64,000 nt of DNA from Lama guanicoe (Eukaryota), in contig MU054220.1 of assembly GCA_013239625.1 (NCBI GenBank), positions 2,107,374 to 2,171,373 on the forward strand. Direction: 5' to 3'. Shown piece by piece: positions 40,796 through 55,019 of this stretch; position 1 is the first letter of the stretch; the number at the start of each line of letters is the position of its first letter. Made by a program: the position numbers and the translations under genes. Under the pieces are notes generated by a model. That model was not told the DNA's origin. It searched no databases and saw only the letters and a program-made list of their open reading frames with translations.

Positions 40796-43179
40796 ACTTA
40801 AAAGCTCTTAGATTGGAAAACTTCTGATTCTCAGTTAATACTGCTTCTGACAGCTAGGAACACAGGGAGATAGGAGCAGACAGTGGGAGGGGTCTATACA
40901 TTTGCTTTTTAGTTTTAAAAGGAATGTGATAGAAAAGGTAGACAGTAACTATTTGTTGAATATTGTATATTTTATTTACCAAATACTTATATATAGCAAT
41001 TAATTCTAGGCACTTTACAAATAAACTTCACTCATTTAATTCTCCTAATAACCCAATAAGGTAAAAGAAGAAAAATTCCCCATTTTACAAACAGAAAACA
41101 AACACAGACAGTTAGGAGTTTGTCCAAACCCATGCAGCTAGTAAGTGGCACAACCACAATTTGAACTAAGCATTCTAGCTCCAGAGTCCATGCTCTTAAT
41201 CACTAACTTGGCCTCTTTCCTTCATTGAATATGAAGAATTCCAGTTAATGTTTAAAAAATTTTTTCCCCTCGATCTAGCTATTTGTGCAATAAATATTTT
41301 TCTTAAGTATTTTTAATTTGTTGCAGGAAAACATTCAGTGAAGAAAGATTTCCTTTTTAAGTGTAAGAAATGCCACCTTCCTAATACATGATTATCATTT
41401 TCCCATATTCTCTTCTATATATAGTATTTGCTAAATCATTTCCTAAACAGTTTTCACTTTGTCATGTTAAAGGAGAATACATCTAACCAGTAGTTTGTTG
41501 AATTGTGAAGATTTTACATGTCCAGTCTAGTCTCTTCATGGTATAGTAAAGAAAAGGAGGCAATAACCAAAATAAGATGGGCTGTGATATTTGGTAAGAT
41601 ATCTAAGTATTATTCAGGAATATTTATATAAAATGTCTTTGCATTTAGGACAAAAGATATAAATCCCTATAATAATAATCTTTAGTTTTGATGTCTGAGA
41701 CTGAGCTATACAATCAGGAGATTTTTCTTCTCTCTGAATTTTTTAAATTTACTAATGAGCACAGCACTGGGTATTATCCATTTGTGTGTGTGCATGCACA
41801 CATATACTTACTGCAGTATGCTTATTGAAGTTATCTGGACTCTTGTGTCAGAGTAAGTGTTGGTCATATCTTTTGTGATAAATATTTATTGAGTATTCAT
41901 TTGGTGTCACACACTGGGAAATAAGATACGTAAGAAATATTCCAGCTCTTGCCCTTGAGGATGCTCACAATCTAATGGGAAGCCTGATAAACAAACTATT
42001 ACTCTCAGAATAGTGTGATAAGCTTGATAGGACAGAATGAAAGGTCTTAATTACCTAATGCAGAAGTATGAAGTATTATTCACAGTTAAATGCACTTTAG
42101 AATGATATTTTCTTGGCAGTTCAAAATCAGACTGTACTAATCTGAATCAATTTCCCTTCATGGCAGCCTTAGCCTAGAATTTTCTAAGACCTTCAGAATA
42201 AGGATAACCTGGGTCTGCTTCATATTAGAGCAGTCTTCATGTCTGTCCTTTGGAATCTAAACTTCCACCTGAACCCCTGTTTGTGATGGAAGATATTACG
42301 GCACTTAGACATGGTCTTTAGCTTTACTAAATTGATTCCCATACTCGGTGGTGGTGGCTTAAGGTTTTAGTAAGGTATGTGCATTCATCTAGATTAGATG
42401 AGGGGATACGGGGTTAATAAACACATAAATCTCTTTCCTGAAAGTATAAAGGAGACACAAAATGCATACAAACCTTATAAGCTGATATTGAGGAAAAATT
42501 CCTCCTGTGAAAAGAAATTTACAGTTCACTAATAACCTATGGAGACCTTAGAGATCCTTACTTAACTCCCTGAAATGTTAATCCAGTTTCTACTACAATT
42601 TTCTCAAGAACTCTTCATGTTACATTAGATGACTGAGCATCACAATTCTATTTGCATGCAAGACTTTTTTATCTACATAGACATGAAGTGAATTCTTAGC
42701 CAATTTTTGAAAGATCACATTTTACTCACAGGAAGGAGAATGTTACTTTTCTATTTCGCCTCCTACTACCCATTTCTATCATTGTCTAGGATTCCGGATG
42801 TTGTAGAGAAGAGAAGGAAGTCAGTGAAAGGTTGAGGCGGAGCAATGCAGGCTCTCAGTTCTTTTTCTGAGCCTTTGAGTTGCCATTTGAAAAACATTAA
42901 CTGCTCAAGTTAATAGAATAAGCTACTTGCATGATGGGGACTATATATACATTTACCCCAATGCTTTGACTATTTTCTACAGCGTTTTTTTGTTTTTTTT
43001 CACTTCTTGAGGAGGAATTAGGATTGTAAAGTAGAAACTGGTCATCTCCTTTGTTTCTGGAACATTATCTGTGTTGTCACCAAAAAAAGAGGTCCCCACC
43101 CAACTGCGGTAGAGTCTTCTCTAGTTGGTCATTCATTTGCCTCATGCCTTGGAAGCCCTGTGGGCTGGAAGGAACACCC

Positions 43180-43620
43180 TGGGTCCTGCAGACCTCCGAG
43201 CGAAGGCACGCTGCGGCCCCTTTAAGCTGTCAGTATGTGCTGGGAGGGGGCTGAGGTGGGGCGGGCAATCTGACTGTGAGCTCTGGGCCCCGCCCCCGGA
43301 GGAGGCGTTTCCCAGCAGCCCTCCGCACCAATGCTGCCACCGCCCCCGCCCGCCTGGTATTCCTGCTGATTCTGCTCGGACCTTAGGGCCCCCGACCTCT
43401 CCCTGCCTGGGGAGCGTAAGTGTCAAACTGCGGGCTAGGGTCAAGCATCCTGTGCCCATGCCGGAAGTCCTGGTGGACAGTACAGGGGACTTTCCTGGCC
43501 TATCAGACGCTAAGGCGGCGAAAGAGCGTAAACAATGCCGGCTGCAGTGAGCTAAAGCCTGGGGCATCTGCTCTACTTCTGGGTGGTGACAGTGGCCCTC
43601 GGGTGCTTGTTTGGATATGC
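43180..43620 (+). promoter_or_regulatory. Small CpG-rich island in CKAP5 intron 1; putative internal promoter and alternative first exon ending at 43415
   Basis: Local CpG cluster in an AT-rich intron; GC boxes 43258-43265 and 43288-43297, CCAAT 43328, ETS CCGGAAGT 43461, donor AGC|GTAAGT 43415/43416. Confidence 0.6.
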
Positions 43621-46494
43621 AGTGGTTGAACGGTGCCCACAACCAGGCTTTGCCCCAGCCTGATTCCTACTTGGGGTGAGGAGAGGATTGCTTTTACCCA
43701 GTAGAACCCCCTGAGCTAGATGGGTGGAGTTGGATGTAGTGCCCTGGGCCCTGGGTCCTTAGCTTGGAATTTGGAGACCTGGGTAGCTTTGGGATGAGTA
43801 AGCATTAGATTTTCAGCTACTTTGGTACAATTGAGCAGTAACTCTTAAAGTTGACCTAATTCACAGTCAGGTTTAGCTTTCTGGCTCCCCAGAGGCCTGT
43901 GTTGGTATCAAGTCCCCCTGTTGGAGACACTGACAGTGATCATCTGTTAAGGAGAGCCCTTTCCCGCTGATACGAATAGCACGATGTGAAAGAGCTCTTT
44001 ACCCCTCTCTGAAGGAACCTGTGGGAGGCCACCATCCCAGGACTAAGACAGCAAGCCCACCCAAGTTTGTTGAGATAACTTGCTAGAGAAGCAGTTCAGA
44101 CTTCCGGGACCCCTGATAGCACAGAATACTCCAGCAAGAGGTTAACACTTAACCTTGTTAATTAGCTGGAGGCAATGAGATATTTTAAATTAAAGGGAAA
44201 GACTTGTCATTTTTGTTACTGGCTACTTAAGAGATGAGATTTTGTCTGGCTTGGCCAAGTAATAAAAATTTACAGTTTTCTATGACAGTTACATAATTGT
44301 TATGCTTCTTTAAACCAGTGCCCTTCTTAGACATGATTTGAGTAAAAATTTCTGGGCATGTATGTATATTCTGTTTTATCCTTGTTTTATAAGTATTTCC
44401 TGTTTTGGAGCAAGTCTATCAATTTTTATTGGTCTTTCCAAGGCGTTACTTTTAGAGTGGGCAGAAATTTTCCTCAGACTTCCCTCAGGCTTATTCTTTG
44501 CTTCTGCCGTAGCATTTCCTTAGCCAGAAGTGAGAATCTAGGAATGGTAATCAGATCCAGATCTCTTGTATTGTGATAAGTGAAGAACTTTTGTAGGTCA
44601 AGAGCTTGAGAATTAGCCATAAATTAGTTTTACTGCCATAGCTTCTCCCCAAGTCAAAAGCTAAAACAGTATGTATAATTGTATAACTATTCTTATAAGC
44701 TGTATAGCTGTATAACTATTCTTACAAGCTGTCAAGATACAGGAAGTTAAAGTAAAAGGACATTCCACATGGACCCTTGGGTGGTGGGGAAGAGAGACAG
44801 TCTGAAAGATAGGAGACATAGCTTCTAGGCCCAGCTCTAACATTACTGATGACTTAATCTCTAGCTGCCTTTTAGCTGGTTGGTGAATGAGACAATGCAT
44901 AGATTGCTGGGGTCTATATGTTAATGGTAGTATATAATGCATACCTAATAGATGATTTGTTACTTAATTGAATACTAAACTGAAATTTAAAATTTATTTG
45001 AAGTTGTGCCTTTATGTGTGACCTTGTCAACATTTCTTAACTTCTGGTCTAAAAATAAATATTACATCTAAACCTTTTTTCAGCAATAGTGTGGACTATA
45101 TGGTATTTGAGCTCTTTGGAAGACATTTTAGATAAATCAGTGGTGTAAAATTACTGTATTTCTGTAGAACAGATTTTCTTTTAGCTGGTTCCTTTGCCTT
45201 TGCCTCTGTTTTAGGCTAGGGTAAAACCCCCTGAGAGTGCTGGCTAATTTGAAATTGCTGAGTATTTGTAGTATAGACTAGATTGAATGAACCATAGCAA
45301 ACATCATATAGAGGTCAAATTAACTTTATTAGTGCACTTTATTAGTGCTTCTATTTGTTGACAATTTTACTTTTAGAACATCAAACCTTGCTGTGTAATG
45401 AAAACTTGATTTCCTATGTCTTTGTTTATAAAATCCAGAACCCTCTGTTCATCCCTGGTGCCACACTTCTGGCCACTTAAAGGTTATATTTCTTATGTCT
45501 AATACCAGACTGATCATATTCTTCACCTCTTCTCCAATCCCCATAAACAAACAACTCAGAACTTTCTTCTGACATTTTCCTGTCATTGGCACCACTGTTC
45601 TCCGAGTCACGTAGTCGGGCCTCCTACAGAGAAGAGCAGTAGACTCTTCTTTCTACTCCCACATCCTTAGTTGCTAAGGCTTACCGATTTTACTTCTTTA
45701 ACGTACCTCCCCTTTCAGTCTCCTCTGCCCATCCTTTCCATTCCTAGGAGTTCTGGCTCCTTTTATCTTTGTCCTGGAGTACTGCAGTAATTTCCTATCA
45801 GGACTCTCTGCTTTCTCTCCCTTCCAATTCATTCTACATAGATTTATCTTTCTAAAGTAGATGAGATTATGTCATTGCCCTGCTTTAGTTCATCACTATT
45901 CTCTGCTGTTTAACTTAATATTCAAGATTATATATGATCTGACCCTAGTCTATTTTTTGGTCATATACTCTAATAAATGGATCCATTCAGTGTTCCCTAA
46001 ACATACTCTGTACTCTTCTACCTCCAGGACTTTGCCTTTCTCGTTTTCTCGGCCTAGAATATCTCCTCTCCACTCTTTTTTTTTTTTTTTAATTCACCTA
46101 TCACTTATTACTGAGTTCAGATGCCATCCTTTTCTATGGGATTTTCACCATCCATCCCTCACTCATGGTGGTTAATCATATCTTTGAACTCTCTTAACCC
46201 TTATGTGTCCCTTGCTTAGGGAACTTCCCACATACAATACATTTTGTATAATGGTTATTTGTTTAGATGTCTACTTGTACTCCTGTGAACTCCTTGAGCC
46301 ATCACAGTTTACCCATAGGGAAATTCAGTGAATGGGTGCTTAAGGTAAAATTGGAATGGAGATCCGGTTATTAGAAAGGATTCTAACCTTTACAACCAAC
46401 TCATGTACATGTAAAATGATTGGCAGCCTTAACAAATAAATCATTCTTCCCTCCTCAGAAATTTGGTTAGTAAACTTTGTTAGTTTGATTTTTT

Positions 46495-47860
46495 AAAAAC
46501 AATTTTAATGAGATATGTAATTTACATACCATTCACCTATTTAAAGTGTACAATTCGGTGACTTTCAGCATACTTACAGATTTGTGCAACCATCACCACA
46601 GTCAGTTTTAGAACTAGTCAATTTCATTACCCCAAAAAGAAACCCCACACTCCTTAACCATCTAATCACCCTTCTGATATCCCCAAACATCCCAGTCATA
46701 GGCAACCATTCATCTACATTCTGTCTCTATAGATTGCCTATTGTGGACATTTTATATAAATAGAATTATACAGTATGTGGTCCTTTGTGACTGACTTCTT
46801 TCACTAAGTGTAATATTTTCAAGGTTCATCCATATTGTAGCATGTATCAATACCTCTTTTCTTTTGCGTATGTGTGATAAAATACACATAACAAAATTTA
46901 CCATCTTAAGCATTTTTAAGTGTGCAATTCAGTGGTATTAAATACATTTGTAATGTTGTATAGCCACCACCATCCATCTCCATAATTTTTTCATCTTGTA
47001 AAACTGAAAAATTATACCCATTGAACAGAAACCCCTTGTTCCCCCTCTCCATCCATCTGCTGGCAACAACCATTCTACCTTCTCTCACTATGATTTGGGC
47101 TACTCTAAGTACTTCATTTAAATGGAATCATAGAGTATTTGTCTCTTTGTGGCTGACTTACTTCACTTAACATAATGTCCTCAAGGTTCATCCAGGTTAT
47201 AGCATATGTCATAATTTGTTTCCTTTTTAAGCTGAATGATACTCCATTCTATGTGTATACCACATTTTGTTTATCCATTCATCCATCAATGGACACTTGA
47301 ATTGTTTTCACGTTTTAGTTGTGAATAACGCTGCTATGACAGGGATGTACAAATATCTCTTTGAGACTCTGCTTTCAGTTCTTTTGGGCATATACCCAGA
47401 AGCAGAATTGCTGGATAATATGGTAATTCTATTTTTTAATTTTTTGAGAAACTGCTGTACTGTTTTCCACAGTAGCTGTACCATTTTACATTCTCGCCAA
47501 CAGTGTACAAGCTTTCCTATTTCTCTATATCCTTGCCAGTTTGTTGTTTTCTGGGTTTTTTATTAGTAGCCATCCTGATACATGTGAGGTGGTATCTTAT
47601 AGTTTTGATTTACATTTCCCTAATGGTTAGGAATGTTGAGCATCATTTTACGTACTTATTGGACATTTGTGTATCTTCTTCAGATAAATGTTAAGTCCTT
47701 TGCCCATTTTTTAATTGAGTTGTTTGCTTTTTTGTTGCTGAGTTTTAGGAATTCTTTGTAGTACTTCATTTCTTCTCATTGCTGAATCATATTCCATTGT
47801 ATGGATTTACCATATTTTATCAGCAGATGGACTTTTGGGTTATTTCCACTCTTTGGTTAG
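46495..47860 (-). mobile_element. Nested L1 3'-end fragments
   Basis: An L1 end at about 46500-46860 resumes near 47760-47860 around a second L1 end at about 46870-47760. Confidence 0.7.
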
Positions 47861-48846
47861 TTTGGTTTTAATTTGCTGTGTGTATTGAAAACAGTACTAC
47901 ACTGCTCTAAAGAGATCATTCGGGCCTTTAACTTGTGTGAATTTTCATGAAATTGTTTGTTTATTCTACACGTATTCCATTTTATGAACTCTGACAGTCT
48001 TCATTGCTTCCTGAATCTGTTCTGAATGTTCCTCAGGCCTTTACTTTCCTTTGTGATAATGGCTAGTTAAAATTTGCAGCTACAAAGTTTAACTTTCAAA
48101 CAAGTGGCCACTTTAATGACCTTTCCCTTACCCCCCGCAAATGTTCTAGAATTGTAGTCAGAAATTTAAAACTAATATGAATATGAACTATAGAGATTAT
48201 AGTCTACCACCCTTTTGGGTTTTTTTTTTAATTAATCTTAGGGAAAGATTTTCATTTCCAACTGGCAGAGTCAGTTACTCAGTGGAATAAGGCTTGTGAG
48301 GGAGAAGGGTTGGACTGCATAAATAACTGCAAATTACAATGAAAACTGTAGTCCTTCCTCTCTTATGCAAAGACAGGTTTTGAGGCCCAAATGGGTAGGT
48401 AAGCTCGATTATCAGGCAGCTGCTGATTAGGGATGATTCCCCCTTACCAACTAACATATTTTAAATTTCCATAAACTACCTAAGTCCTTTGGAGGCAAAT
48501 AAACTTGTCTTTCACATATACTGTCATTTGCTCTTTATATTTTTATTGAGTTAGGTAATCACCAAAATAATTCTTACTATTTATATAGTGTGAATAGAGT
48601 TCATTATAGGTCATGTAGAAACCATACGTAGGTTAAGTTGTAGGAATTTCACCAAACTAGGAATCAAGAAATAGTTTTCTAGATCATTACTTATGGGACC
48701 TTGGGCAAGACACTAAACCTCTTTTTCCCCATATGTAAAAAGAGGATAATGATGCTTGCTTTATTTTTATTTATTATTTATTTATTTTAGCCTTATGAAG
48801 ATAGAGATTAATAAGACAAAAAGCTTTTGCTCAAGAGAATCTTATA

Positions 48847-48980
48847 CTCACAGCAAAAAAATAAGTGACAATGAATATATATATGTATGTTCATGTAAAA
48901 CTGAAAAATTGCTCTACACTGGAATTTGACACAGCATTGTAGAATGACTATAACTGAATTAAAAAAGTTTTTTTTAAAAA
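48847..48980 (+). mobile_element. Very short 5'-truncated L1 3' end with perfect TSD
   Basis: TSD AAGAGAATCTTATA at 48833-48846 and 48981-48994; body ends in an A-rich tail. Confidence 0.75.
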
Positions 48981-51900
48981 AAGAGAATCTTATATTTGAG
49001 TAAGAAAGAGTCACATAACTAAGAATAATACAAAAAAAGACAAAAGAAACCTGAATGAGACAATATAACAGTGTGCTTGCATTTACATTATGAAATACAT
49101 AGAAGTGATTAAATGTCTTCCTCGCTAGAGTCTCAAATAAGAGAATGATTATAAAAATACTTATAAAATGTAAAGTGCTACTGAAATACAGGTTTGGTGT
49201 TAATTTCTATTATTATAACTAGGGACTTTGGAATGATTATAAACGGTGCCTTAAAGTCTTTGAAAATAAAGAGCCTTCCTGTGATCATAGAATTTCAAAG
49301 GTTGTAGACAAAGAGATTTCAACCTGGGTTAGAATTCAGGGACTCTGTAAACTTGTATGGAAAAATAATTACACCTTTCTTTTCACTAACTTTTTGACTG
49401 AAATTTTAACATTTTCAATTAATATAGGCAATAAACTACAGTAACATTAGAACCTTTGCCTTTATCACCAGTAGAAATAATTTTCATAATCACATTATAT
49501 AATATATCAAAATGTTTTTAATCATCATAACTTTAGAATTAACAGTAGTTATTGAATCTGCCGCTAGATTTTATTTAATGTATTAATGGAGAAACTCATG
49601 TATTCACATTTTAAAATATTTTGATAACTATATTTCAACATAACTAATTTAATATAATCTTATATGTTTTATGCATTAAATAATATTCTAAGAAGGTGTC
49701 TATAGACTTTACAAAGGGTTTATGACACCAAGAAAAGAACCCTTTTTGTAGACTCTTGAAATGGGAGGTAAATGGCATTAATTCCATTTTATATTTGAAG
49801 AAGCAAGAGAGAGATACATGATGTTGCCCCCAAGTGTTAACTAGACCAAGAGAGGTTGGAAAACAAAACAAAAGCCATAGTTTCAGTTTTTTATTTGGTC
49901 AGTGCATAAATAAAAGTAAAGAAAATAAAGTAACTATAATAAAATTAGAAGAGGTCTGTGCATTTTATTCTCTTTCAAATATTCAACTTATGGCTTGTAT
50001 TAATGGGTATATCATTTTCAAGTAATTATTATGAGTAGAATGTCTAACTAAATTCAGTTTGAGTATTTGTGTTTGTTCTTTTAATCGTTTAAAATTCTAA
50101 AAATCAACTGTAATTTAGAAGTGAAATAAATATTTTCAAATTTGGAATGCCAGATATGGATAGTGATAGTAAAATACTCACATTTATTGAGCCCTTGCTA
50201 GATGCCAAGTACCTAGTCTATGAGCTTTATATGTACTGGCTCATTTAATCCACACAACAACCCTCTCAGGTATTTACTATTATTCCCACTTTACACAGGG
50301 GCATGCTGAGGCAATATACATTTGACTAAGTAACTTACCCAAGGTCTCACCTCAAGTTAGCGGTAGTTTTGAATATACAAAATTCTTTTTCTTTCTTAAA
50401 ATTTAGATTTGCAGACAGAAATAGAGGTAATAAAAATTTCCTAAAGTAATGAAAACTCAAATTTGATAAGATTACTACTGCATTCTGGATTATTGTGGAT
50501 TTTTTCTTTCCCCAGCAGACATTAATTGATCATTTTTTATGTGTCAGGCAGTGTACATAATGGATTAAGGGGCTCATCTACCTGTCCTGTAGATGCTGGT
50601 TTCACCTAAACGCTAACCCAAGTCTCTTCTCACTGTGTACTCTCCCTCAGTGCTATCATCCACCCTCTTGGTTTTAATTACATTTATCTACTGGTAATGC
50701 CTAACTTTTAATCTCCAGAACAGATCTCTCTCCAGCAGCAGGCTTGAATCTCCGACTGCTGCTCACTTCTACCCTTGTCTAGTACACATCTCAAACTCAA
50801 CCTTGTCCAAAATTTCATCTTCATCCCTGTCTTACACCTCTTCTGCATTTACTCAATAAGGGCAGTCTTTGACATTCCTTATATCTCTAAAATCCGTCCC
50901 CTTTTCTTCACTTGCATTGCTACTACTCTTAGTTTCAGGCCATCATCATCCTTCGTTTAGATTACAGCCTTCTAACTGATTTACCTCCACTGTTACTGCC
51001 TTCCAAGACATTTTTTAGATTGCTTTTAATTTTACATTATATAGTCTCTGAAAAATGCAAATTTCATAGCATATGAAATTCTCCTACTTATAGTCCTTCA
51101 AAGTCTCCTTCTACCTTTGGGGTAAAGTCAGAATTTCTTAACATTGCTTACAAAACCTTTCAGGGTCTGATCTGGACTACTTTCCAGCCTTACTCTATAC
51201 CATCTTACTTTTCTTGTAGCATTTCATACTTTAGCCTTCCTGAACTTTTTTTTAATCCTTCAAACCACTATAATAAAAGAAGTTAGAATAGATGCTATGG
51301 CAGTTTCTAAACGCTTACCTCTTTCTATACTTATCTCTGAATGCTAAGTCTGTGAGCCAGCACAATTCTTTAGACCACACTTCGAATAGCTTTGAACTAT
51401 AGTATACCACATGGATGAGTTTTACAAATGAAATATTGAATGAAAAAAGCAAGTTATGGAAGACTGCAACAGTATAATTTTCTAAGGCTCACAAACAAGC
51501 ACAGTTAATTTTGTTTAGGAATGTGTGACTGACTACAGCATAGAACTAAACGAACTTCAGGGAAGTGCTTCTGTGGAAAGAAGGATGGGGTAGGAAAGAA
51601 ATGCACAACTGCAGTAATAATATTGGTTTATTCTAATTTTTAGATTAGGTAGTAGGTCAACATATCAATTTTCTTATAATGCTTCATAACAGATTTTTTC
51701 TTATATGTGTAAAAAAAATTTTTTTAATTAAAATAATTATGGGAAAAATTAATGAAGTTGATTTTTTCTTGGTATGGCAATCCTGGAAAAAGATAAAGAC
51801 AGAGCACTAGTTCTCAGTGTCACATATATATATACATAAAACACTGTATTCATTGTTTCAGTGGATGTGAAGCAAAACTTTGAATGGAAAGCAGCAAAAT

Positions 51901-52254
51901 CATGAACACCAATTTTTTAAAACTCAGGCTATGAAGTAGTAGAAGCCATTTCAGGAAGTATTGCACAGTGGCACCTGTATTTTATATGAGGCAGTTAGGT
52001 TGGACAACATTTTTTTCTTCACGTTTCTAAAAGTAACCAACAATAAAAAAGAAGTATTGCAGTGAACTCATAGAATACCAACAATCGAATATTATTGTTC
52101 ACATTTCTCTGAGTTGGAAAGTGTTTTAAAGCTTTCATTGACTGGTTCTCTTTGAAAAACACTAAGATGGGAAAGATTGCTTTTGCAGCTCAAACTTGTG
52201 CCGAGAAAGTAACATTAAAGGTTGCACATTAGAATCACCTAGGAACTTAAAAAA

Positions 52255-52850
52255 TTTTTATTGAGGTGAAATTCACGTAACATAAAACTAACCATTTTAA
52301 AGTGAACAGTTCAATGGCATTTTATATATTCACAATGTTGTGCAACCACCATATCTGTCTAGTTCCAGAACAGTAACATTTCCATCATATCACAGTAAAA
52401 CTCTTTACCCGTTAAGCAGTTTCTCTCCATTCCCCCTGTCTCCCCAACCCCTGGCAACCACTAGTCTGCATTCTATCTTTATGGATTGATCTATCCCCGA
52501 TATTTCCTATAAATGGAATCATACAATATGGGACCTTTTGTGTTTGACTTCCTTAACTTAGCATTGTGTTTGTGAAGTTCATCCATGTTGTAGCATGTAT
52601 CAGAAGTAACTACTTCATTCCCATTTATGGCTGAGTAATAGTCCATTGCATGTACATACCACAGTTTATTCATCCACTGATGGACACTTGGACTGACTTT
52701 TGGCCAATTCGAATAGTGCTGCCATGAATATGCATGTACATGTATTTGTTGGAGTACCAGCTTTCAGTTCTTTTGGGTGTATACCCAGGAATGGAATTGC
52801 AGGGCCATATCATAACTTTTTAAACAACCACCAATTGTTTTACATAGTGA
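52255..52850 (-). mobile_element. L1 3'-end fragment
   Basis: TTGAGGTGAAATTCACGTAACATAAAA...CCCTGGCAACCACTAGTCTG...AAATGGAATCATACAATATG. Confidence 0.75.
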
Positions 52851-54785
52851 CTAGACTATTTTGGATTCACTTGGGGAATTTTAAAAATACATAGATCTAA
52901 TAAGTTTTTTATAGTATTTTTCAAACATATCAGTGTACAGTTACTTGAAATTAAAAAAAAAATTGATCCATCACAATAGAGTTTGAGAAGCATTGCATAG
53001 TTCATTCATTTTAGTTGCTGTATAATATTACACTCATGAATATACCACTATTTATTCCTTCTCTCTTTGATAAACTTGTGAAGTGTTTGCAGCTTTTGAC
53101 TTTTATAAACAACATTGCTATGAGTATCCTCATATAGGTTTTCTGGTGCAGTTGGCATCAATTTCTAGGGTATTTACTTAGGCGTGGAGTTGCTGGATAG
53201 TAGAGTATGTGCATCTTCAATTTGAATAATTGCCTTAGTGTTTTCCACACTGTTGTACTATTTCATCTCTCACTATTGCTGTACTAGAGTTCCGAAAAGT
53301 TCAGGAAGGCTAAAGTATGAAGTGCTACAAGAAAAGTAAGGGGGTATAGAGTAAGGCTGGAAAGTAGTCCAGATCAAACCCTGAAAGGTTTTCTCTGTTA
53401 AGGTTTGACTCCTACTGTAAAACACATTGTTGTTTCACTGAGTCGTGGGGATTTCGAAGAGAAGTCTTAATGAAAGTTCCATTTACTCTACTAAACTTTT
53501 ACAATTCAGTCTCTAATAACTTTCCCTGGAATACTTCCTACATTTTGATGAGAGGCAACAAGTTGTAAAGGCAGAGATACAGACTTTGAAATCTTAGTTT
53601 GATCTCACTGCATGCTAGCTTTGTTGTTTTGGGCAAATTACTTTATCTTTGTGAGTCTAGTGTGTAAGGTGGGGAGAATACCTTTCAGGTAGTTGTTGTT
53701 AGTATAATGAAGCAACATGTTTAAAAAGTACTTTACACAGTGCCTGATTCATAGCAGAAACTATCAAGATATATTTTCATTCAACAAATATTTATTGAAG
53801 ATATATTTTATGTCAGACCAGGACTGGAGATGGAGAGATAAGCAAGATAGCTTTTATGTTATGTATAATATTGAAAAATCTGAAACAATTTAATTGCCCA
53901 ATGTTAAGATTGATGATAATGGTACAGTCATAAAATGGAGTGCTATGCAACCTTTAAATATGGTGAAATGTTTATGGCCGTGTAAGAAAAAAATTACAAG
54001 AGGATTAGCCCTTTTTCATATAATTTATACACTATATGCGCATTGGAAAGAACCTGGAAGGATTTCAAGTATATTCACACTTCAGTGTTCATCATGGTTA
54101 CTAATTGATAGTGAAATTGTGTTTTAATACTTTCCTTTCTTATGTATTCTCTATACTTTTCAGGCTTTCTACAGCTAACATACATTACTTTTATAATCAG
54201 GAAAAAGGGTGTTATGAAGTTGTTAAGTTGTTAAAGGAATGTTGACTTAAACCTCACTAACTGAAAAATGGTTTAACGTTTATGAAGGAATAGTTATTCA
54301 GGGATTTAATTTGTTACTAGTTTATGTAAACGTATTTATTTACCAGAATTAGGTAGAGAACTGGGTAGCATTAAGATTCTTTCCATGTTGATTATTTTCT
54401 ATATGGAATTTTAGGTTAAAAGTATGACTTTTTTTGAAACTTTTTTCCTGCCCTTTTAATAGGCCAAGTAGCTCAGCTTTTCCATTTTGTTCTAGCTTTG
54501 TCATATATCTAAGAAGTCCTCATTTGGGAAAATATATAAGCATCATTTTTTTAAAAAAAAAAAAAGGTAAATTTTTGATTGACTTTCATTTACTTTACTT
54601 TTTAAATGTTCTATTAATGGAATTAAATGGGCATTTGACCAACAAAATGAACTTTTTTACTCTCATTGGTATATGCATGATAAAATAGTAATCTCAGAAA
54701 AGTCAATTTTTCTTAAGAGAAATCTTGCTTGCTAGAGTTAATAGATACCGATTTTTGTCTGACCAGGAATTACTCTTAATTCTAA

Positions 54786-55019
<234 letters not shown>

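Noticed and set aside
43125..43642. 141 aa plus and 166 aa minus ORFs in the internal GC-rich patch as a nested gene or retrogene
   Set aside because: Non-ATG starts, no recognisable protein similarity, no poly(A) tail or TSD; promoter motifs and a splice donor explain the patch better.
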